Positions 59,431 through 64,000 of a stretch of DNA of 64,000 nt are shown in pieces (the first letter of the stretch is position 1; each line of letters begins with the position of its first letter). This stretch comes from an uncultured Acidobacteriota bacterium. GTDB lineage: Bacteria; Acidobacteriota; Terriglobia; UBA7540. Position numbers and translations under genes: made by a program. The notes below the pieces were generated by a model. That model worked only from the letters and a program-made list of their open reading frames with translations. It had not been told where the DNA came from and did no database searches. Location of the stretch: the NCBI GenBank assembly GCA_963804995.1, contig CAWDSK010000002.1:32001-96000 (forward strand). Reading direction: 5' to 3'.

Positions 59431-60004
59431 GCCACTGGACCGTGGGGGCTACCAGCACGTCAACGCGTGAACCGAACTTAATCATTCCCACGCGCTCGCC
59501 GCGCTCGAGCGTATCGCCCAAGCGTTTCCAGAATACGATACGGCGGGCCAACAAGCCAGCGATTTGCTTGACCACGACCTCACCTTGCTTGCCTTGGAGG
59601 GTGAAAATGTTTTGCTCGTTCTCGACCGAAGCCAGGTCCTGGGAAGCCACCCGGAACGAGCCTTTCTTGTAACTCACCGCTTGGATGACGCCGGCAATGG
59701 GAGCACGGTTCACGTGGACGTCCAGGGGCGACATGAAGATGCTCAACCGCCGCACCGGCCGGCCCTCAAATTCTTCCTCGGCAAGTTGCACCACCCGCCC
59801 ATCCGCGGGAGAAATGAGGGCATGCTCCTCCTGGGGAATGGAGCGCTCCGGGTCACGGAAAAAGTTTAGAACCAGGAAGGCAAGAACCAGAAAGAAGATG
59901 GAGAGGAGAAGAAGAAATAGGCTCCGCTGGCGAAGCCAGAATCCCATCAGGCCGCCAGCAATCAACACCAAGGGCAGACCGTACCAGTAACCTTCCTTGA
60001 TCAT
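59366..60004 (-). CDS. psd: Phosphatidylserine decarboxylase
   Basis: FFRDPER, SPADG, IFMSPLDVHVNRAP, QIAGLLARRI, IKFGSRVD. Confidence 0.94.
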   Translation of the reverse strand: MIKEGYWYGLPLVLIAGGLMGFWLRQRSLFLLLLSIFFLVLAFLVLNFFRDPERSIPQEEHALISPADGRVVQLAEEEFEGRPVRRLSIFMSPLDVHVNRAPIAGVIQAVSYKKGSFRVASQDLASVENEQNIFTLQGKQGEVVVKQIAGLLARRIVFWKRLGDTLERGERVGMIKFGSRVDVLVAPTVQWRVKVGDRVWAGSSILGTTTSE

Positions 60005-60139
60005 GGAGCGTCACGTGTTGGCCCAGCGCCACCCGGCACGCTTCGGGAGAGCCTGACGCTAACTACACCTGTCAGGCATCCTCTGGTGTCGCCGGGCAAT
60101 TCGTCCCGAACTCCTGAGCCCACGCCGGTCCCAATACGT

Positions 60140-60367
60140 CTAGTGGACAAGCTGAGCTTGCCGGACCAACGACTCCATCTGATCTTTCACGCGCAGCTTC
60201 AGCTTCTTGAGGCGCACTTCCTCTATCTGCTCTTCTTCAGAGAGATGGTTTTTGGTGGCCAATTGGTCAAGTTGGGAAGCGTATTGGGCGTGTTCGTCGC
60301 GGAGACGTCGATACAGTTCGTTGTTGGCCATCAAATGATCCCGGACGGCCTCGGTAGGGGTGCTCAC
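60140..60367 (-). CDS. DUF465/YdcH family coiled-coil protein
   Basis: RBS AGGAGG, GTG start; YRRLRDEH...RLKKLKLRVKDQM. Confidence 0.8.
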   Translation of the reverse strand: MSTPTEAVRDHLMANNELYRRLRDEHAQYASQLDQLATKNHLSEEEQIEEVRLKKLKLRVKDQMESLVRQAQLVH

Positions 60368-60449
60368 GAGCGTGTCACCTCCTGGCTGTAATAAATGCGT
60401 AACAAAGGTAGCACAGGGCAAGGGGAGGTTCAAGGTAGAAAGGGGGATC

Positions 60450-60856
60450 ACCGCCGAGGCGCGGAGACGCAGAGAAGGAAGGTAGCGCGGACCCCCGTGG
60501 TTGGGGTCCGCGGTTCTTCGTTTGGAATAGTCGCAAATGGTGGTAACGGAGAGCCGCGCTGAGCCTGCATAAACTTGATTGCACGGAGGAAGAGCCGAAC
60601 GAGCAAAAGTATCTCGCGCAGAGACGCAGAGGCGCAGAGAAAACAAATCAGTTATTTGCTTAAAATCTCTGCGCCTCAGCGGCTCTGCGCGAGATTATCT
60701 ATTTTTTTCACAGTTCTTCGTTAGGAATAGCCGCAGAGGGTGGTATCGGAGAGCCGCGCTGAGCCTGCATAAACTTGATTGCACGGAGGAAGAGCCGCAG
60801 ACCTCAAAAGCGGAGGTCTGCGCTGCGTTTCCTCTGCGCCTCCGCGTCTCTGCGGT
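60450..60856. repeat. Nested repeat cluster: REPIN-like element with duplicated spacer plus GAGACGCAGAG palindromes
   Basis: GTAGCGCGGACCCC...GGGGTCCGCG at 60482; ~85-bp direct repeat 60513-60597 / 60713-60797; ctcgcgcagagacgcagaggcgcagag / ctctgcgcctcagcggctctgcgcgag inverted pair. Confidence 0.75.
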
Positions 60857-60888
60857 GACGAACAATGATGATTGTGTTTAGGGAAGCG

Positions 60889-61620
60889 TCAGCTTAGCTT
60901 ATTCCCCGCGTGCAGGCCGCACTCTTTCTTGGTGGCTTCTTCCCACCACCAGCGGCCTTCGCGTTCGTGCTGGCCCGGCAGAACGGCTCGCGTGCAGGGT
61001 TCGCACCCGATGGAAATGAAGCCGCGCTCATGCAAGGGATTGAAGGGAACGTTGTTTTCCCGAATGTAGTCCCAAACTTGCTTCGAGCTCCAATTGGCCA
61101 GGGGGTTAAACTTCACCAGGTCCCGTTCCGGGGTCGCGAACGTGGGGTCAGCTTGTACGACGGGGACAACGGCGCGCGTCGACGGACTCTGGTCGCGGCG
61201 CTGCCCGGTGACCCAGGCGTCCATGGTGCCCAGCGCCCGTCGCAGCGGCTCCACCTTGCGAATGCCGCAGCACTCCTGGTGCCCGTCCTTATAGAACGAG
61301 AAGAGGCCTTTCTCGCGCACCAGCTTTTCCACCGCTTCCGGCCGCGGGAAGAAAACCTCGATGGGCAGGTTGTAGTGCTCACGCACCCGGTCGAGGAAGC
61401 GCAGCGTTTCCGTGTGCAGGCGCCCGGTGTCGAGTGAAAAAACGCGGAACTTTCCTCCCAGCTTCGCGGCCAAATCCACCAGCACCACATCTTCCGCGCC
61501 GCTGAAACTGATGCCGATCTGGGGAGAGAACATTTCAAACGCCAGCGCCAGGATCTCCCGCGGATGTCGCTGGGCGTAGGTTTCGGCCAGTTCGGCCCAA
61601 TTTGCAACTTCAGTCTGCAT
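60889..61620 (-). CDS. cysH: Phosphoadenylyl-/adenylyl-sulfate reductase
   Basis: [49 protein letters not shown]...CxxC indicates the Fe-S APS-reductase type. Confidence 0.95.
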   Translation of the reverse strand: MQTEVANWAELAETYAQRHPREILALAFEMFSPQIGISFSGAEDVVLVDLAAKLGGKFRVFSLDTGRLHTETLRFLDRVREHYNLPIEVFFPRPEAVEKLVREKGLFSFYKDGHQECCGIRKVEPLRRALGTMDAWVTGQRRDQSPSTRAVVPVVQADPTFATPERDLVKFNPLANWSSKQVWDYIRENNVPFNPLHERGFISIGCEPCTRAVLPGQHEREGRWWWEEATKKECGLHAGNKLS

Positions 61621-61672
61621 GGTTGTTTTCCTTTTCGAGTTATAAGTGAAGGTAGGAGACAGGAGCGAGGAG

Positions 61673-61883
61673 CTAGTGTGGTGTCCCGGTTAATATTTGA
61701 CAAGGCTGTCCGACCCCCTCACCCCCCAGCCCCTCTCCCCCAAAGGGGCGAGGGGAGAGTTAATTTTCTTGCCCTCGCCCCTTTGGGGGAGAGGGTGGCT
61801 GGCCGAGGCGTTCTCATCAGCCGAGGCCAGACGGGTGAGGGGGTTCTACCCATTGTCAACTCTAACTCGGGACACTACACTAG
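61673..61883. mobile_element. MITE with CTAG-bounded terminal inverted repeats (complete copy)
   Basis: CTAGTGTGGTGTCCCG ... CGGGACACTACACTAG; internal CCCTCTCCC palindromes; no convincing ORF. Confidence 0.8.
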
Positions 61884-62024
61884 GAGTTAGAAGGGTTGTG
61901 GGCAGATTGTGGAGGCATTCAGCTTGCCAACTCCTAACTCCTCACTTCTAGCTCCTTACTCCTGCCTTCTGAGTTCTGACTCCTAACTTCTAGCTCCTAG
62001 CTCTTCACTCCTAGCTCCTGCAGC

Positions 62025-62795
62025 TTATCCCACCAGCAGGCGCGCTCCCAAAGAAAAATAGAGAACACTAAAGAGCCAACTGAAATAGCGCTCCGGAATG
62101 ATGCGGGTCAGGCGGCTCCCCAAAACGACGCCGGGGAGTGACCCCGCCGCCACGCGCAGGAACAGGTGGCTATCAAAATGCCCCAGCCACACGTGCATCG
62201 TTCCCGCCAGCGCCATGGTGGCGAGACCATAGAGAATGTCCGTGCCAACCAACTCGCCCAGCGGGTAAGGCGTGAGCAACAACAGGAAGACCATCAGCAG
62301 GCTGCCGCTGCCAATCGAGGTGAGCGCCACTAGAAATCCCACCAGCGCCCCAGCCAGGACCAGTTTGATGCCGGCAGAGCGGGAAGGCGCATCCACCCAA
62401 ATCTTGGGCGGCTTGATCTTCCCCAACCGCACCAGCGGCAGCACGAAGGCCACAATGAAAAGCGTGACGCCGAGCACACTCCGCAGCACATGATCGAGTT
62501 GGCCGACTCCAAGGTGAGCCTTCAGGTAGTGAATCAGCAGCATTCCGCCCACGGTCCCCGGTACGGTGCCCGCAATCAGGAAAGTCGCGAGTCTCCAGCG
62601 AACTTGCCCGAGCCGGCGGTGCTCAAACACACCCACGAGCTTGGTGAAGGCGCCGTTGACAATGTCCGTGCCGATGATGGTGACCGCGGAATATGGGGTC
62701 AGCACCATCAACAAGGGAGTCAGCAGCACGCCGCCGCCGGTGCCCGTCATTCCGATCAGTGTCCCCGTGATAAAGCCGATGATGGTAATGAACAT
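62025..62795 (-). CDS. TSUP (TauE/SafE) family sulfur-compound transporter
   Basis: GMTGTGGGVLLTP, IGTD, LTSIGSGSL, LVGTD; about 8 TM segments; upstream of cysH. Confidence 0.9.
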   Translation of the reverse strand: MFITIIGFITGTLIGMTGTGGGVLLTPLLMVLTPYSAVTIIGTDIVNGAFTKLVGVFEHRRLGQVRWRLATFLIAGTVPGTVGGMLLIHYLKAHLGVGQLDHVLRSVLGVTLFIVAFVLPLVRLGKIKPPKIWVDAPSRSAGIKLVLAGALVGFLVALTSIGSGSLLMVFLLLLTPYPLGELVGTDILYGLATMALAGTMHVWLGHFDSHLFLRVAAGSLPGVVLGSRLTRIIPERYFSWLFSVLYFSLGARLLVG

Positions 62796-62867
62796 AAGCC
62801 GTTACCGCCGATTGTTCCCGCTGCTTCCCGCCCTGCAAGCTGACTGACTCTCGCCAGAAGGCCACCC

Positions 62868-62910
62868 AAAAACAAAAACGCCCGCTGGCGTTATCTCCGT
62901 CAGCGGGCGT
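62868..62910 (-). terminator. Intrinsic terminator of the attenuator (3:4 helix)
   Basis: Minus strand ACGCCCGCTGACG-GAGATAA-CGCCAGCGGGCGT followed by TTTTGTTTTT. Confidence 0.85.
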
Positions 62911-62947
62911 CTCAGATTAGGAACTGTTTGAGTGGGTCTTACAAGTC

Positions 62948-63043
62948 CTACTTCTCTGAGGTGACAACGCCGCTGCCGGATGGGGTACAACAACACATCC
63001 GCCGGGCGCCCTGGGTCCTCATCGAGTTGGAACTTGTAGCCAT
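62948..63043 (-). CDS. Cys-rich leader peptide (31 aa) MATSSNSMRTQGARRMCCCTPSGSGVVTSEK
   Basis: Hand translation; TGT TGT TGT run; sits between the promoter and the terminator upstream of the sulfur-assimilation genes. Confidence 0.78.
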   Translation of the reverse strand: MATSSNSMRTQGARRMCCCTPSGSGVVTSEK

Positions 63044-63054
63044 TAAGAAAGCAG

Positions 63055-63083
63055 ACGATACCATGGCCACGACACTCTGTCAA
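63055..63083 (-). promoter_or_regulatory. Sigma70 promoter of the leader-TSUP-cysH unit
   Basis: Minus strand TTGACA-17nt-TATCGT with TGG extended -10; -10 ends 11 nt before the leader ATG. Confidence 0.7.
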
Positions 63084-63205
63084 TACGCCTGGATGAAATT
63101 TTTGATGCATGGTTGTTATTAGCATGATAGGGGTCATTATGTTGGTGCCCGTGCGGTGCTGGCGCGGTTCGGCTAACCATTGTCAAGTAAAGAGCAGACG
63201 CACCC

Positions 63206-63367
63206 CTAGTGTGGTGTCCCGTGCTAGAGTTGACAATGGGTAGAACCCCCTCACCCGTCTGGCCTCGGCTGATGAGAACGCCTCGGCCAGCCACCCTCTC
63301 CCCCAAAGGGGCGAGGGCAAGAGAATTAACTCTCCCCTCGCCCCTTTGGGGGAGAGGGGCTGGGGGG
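63206..63367. mobile_element. MITE, second copy (inverted), interrupted by an IS4-family element
   Basis: Begins CTAGTGTGGTGTCCCG; near-identical reverse complement of ~61722-61883; breaks off after GGGGGG at 63367. Confidence 0.8.
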
Positions 63368-64000
63368 CATAGGCGCTAGAATAGCTCATTCGATGCTCCT
63401 AGGCGAAGTTGTTGCGCGTGGAGGAGGCGGTTCATAAGGAGCGAGAGCGGGTGCCGGAATTTTTCTCGATCGTAGATTCGTTTTCGAGGTGCCTCGGTTA
63501 AAGCCTGACGCGCCAGGGGCCAGCGATGTTGTTTAACCCGCAAGGAGAAGGTCCCGTAAATGGCCAGGATCAAATCCAAATGGTGCAGATGCACCCATCG
63601 CCACAGGCTAAGCCGCGACGCTCCGGCAGCGGGGAACTCCCCAGGGGGAAATAGAAACGGCCTCCTCATGCAAACACTGAATCAGGGCCACCTCAATCAA
63701 CTTGGCCAGACAGTAGGTGCGCACCAAGCCGGGGTCGAAGGCGCGGAGCTGATCAAAATGCAAGAGGCCTTTGCAGCGTTTAAAGAACAGCTCAATCTGC
63801 CAGCGGATGCGGTAGAGTTCCAGGACCACGTCGTCACTGGCGAGGGCTTCCGGCAAAGTGGTCAGCACACAGAAATAGCCGGCCAGACGCAAGGCGGTGG
63901 CCTGCGGGGTGCGGCCTTTTTTGGCGGCATTGCGGCGCAAGCGCTGACGGCTGCGGTGGGCTGCTTCGCTGGGCAGAGGGCGAATCAGCAGTCGCACCGG
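63368..64000 (-). mobile_element. IS4-family (IS186-like) element, right part
   Basis: Transposase YREK motif LYRIRWQIELFFKRCKGLL (ORF 63608-63997, 5' end outside window); element end reads CATAGGCGCTAG. Confidence 0.85.

Noticed and set aside
60513..60797. CRISPR-like direct repeats
   Set aside because: The unit is ~85 bp with two copies and is explained as a duplicated REPIN spacer
61564..61951. Short ORFs with PLTPQPLSPKGARG / PSPLWGRG (also 63043-63389)
   Set aside because: Translations of the MITE palindromic repeat
62802..63137. 111-aa ORF upstream of TSUP
   Set aside because: Runs across promoter, leader and terminator with no protein-like motif; the 31-aa Cys leader in another frame explains the region better

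Overview
A 64 kb, GC-rich bacterial chromosomal window. Gene content and style suggest Acidobacteriota/Terriglobia; this is inferred, not tested. The right two-thirds is mostly core genome: hisS-aspS-mutL, tig-clpP-clpX-lon-rho, CCA-adding enzyme, dinB, DUF1385-prfA-prmC, M16 peptidase, psd-pssA-asd-like-lptE, and a TSUP gene plus cysH. The left third is accessory: moaDE fusion, aguAB, chrA, a porin, a divergent pair of secreted PEGA/FGE and TPR proteins, a Tat DUF362 protein, a tandem ISKra4-family dimer and an IS5 element. Best finding: a complete classical cysteine attenuator in front of the TSUP-cysH genes, with a sigma70 promoter, a near-leaderless 31-aa peptide carrying Cys-Cys-Cys, and alternative 1:2, 2:3 and 3:4 helices ending in a U-tract terminator. 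Other notable items are two dispersed repeats built on degenerate group II intron domains V-VI, an unnamed tandem N-terminal domain shared by two divergently encoded secreted proteins, a CTAG-bounded MITE with an IS186-like element inserted in one copy, GTAG REP/REPIN mosaics and inverted heptamer arrays. Small frameshifts in lon, lptE and the asd-like gene may be assembly errors. No rRNA, confident tRNA, CRISPR array or reverse transcriptase was seen.
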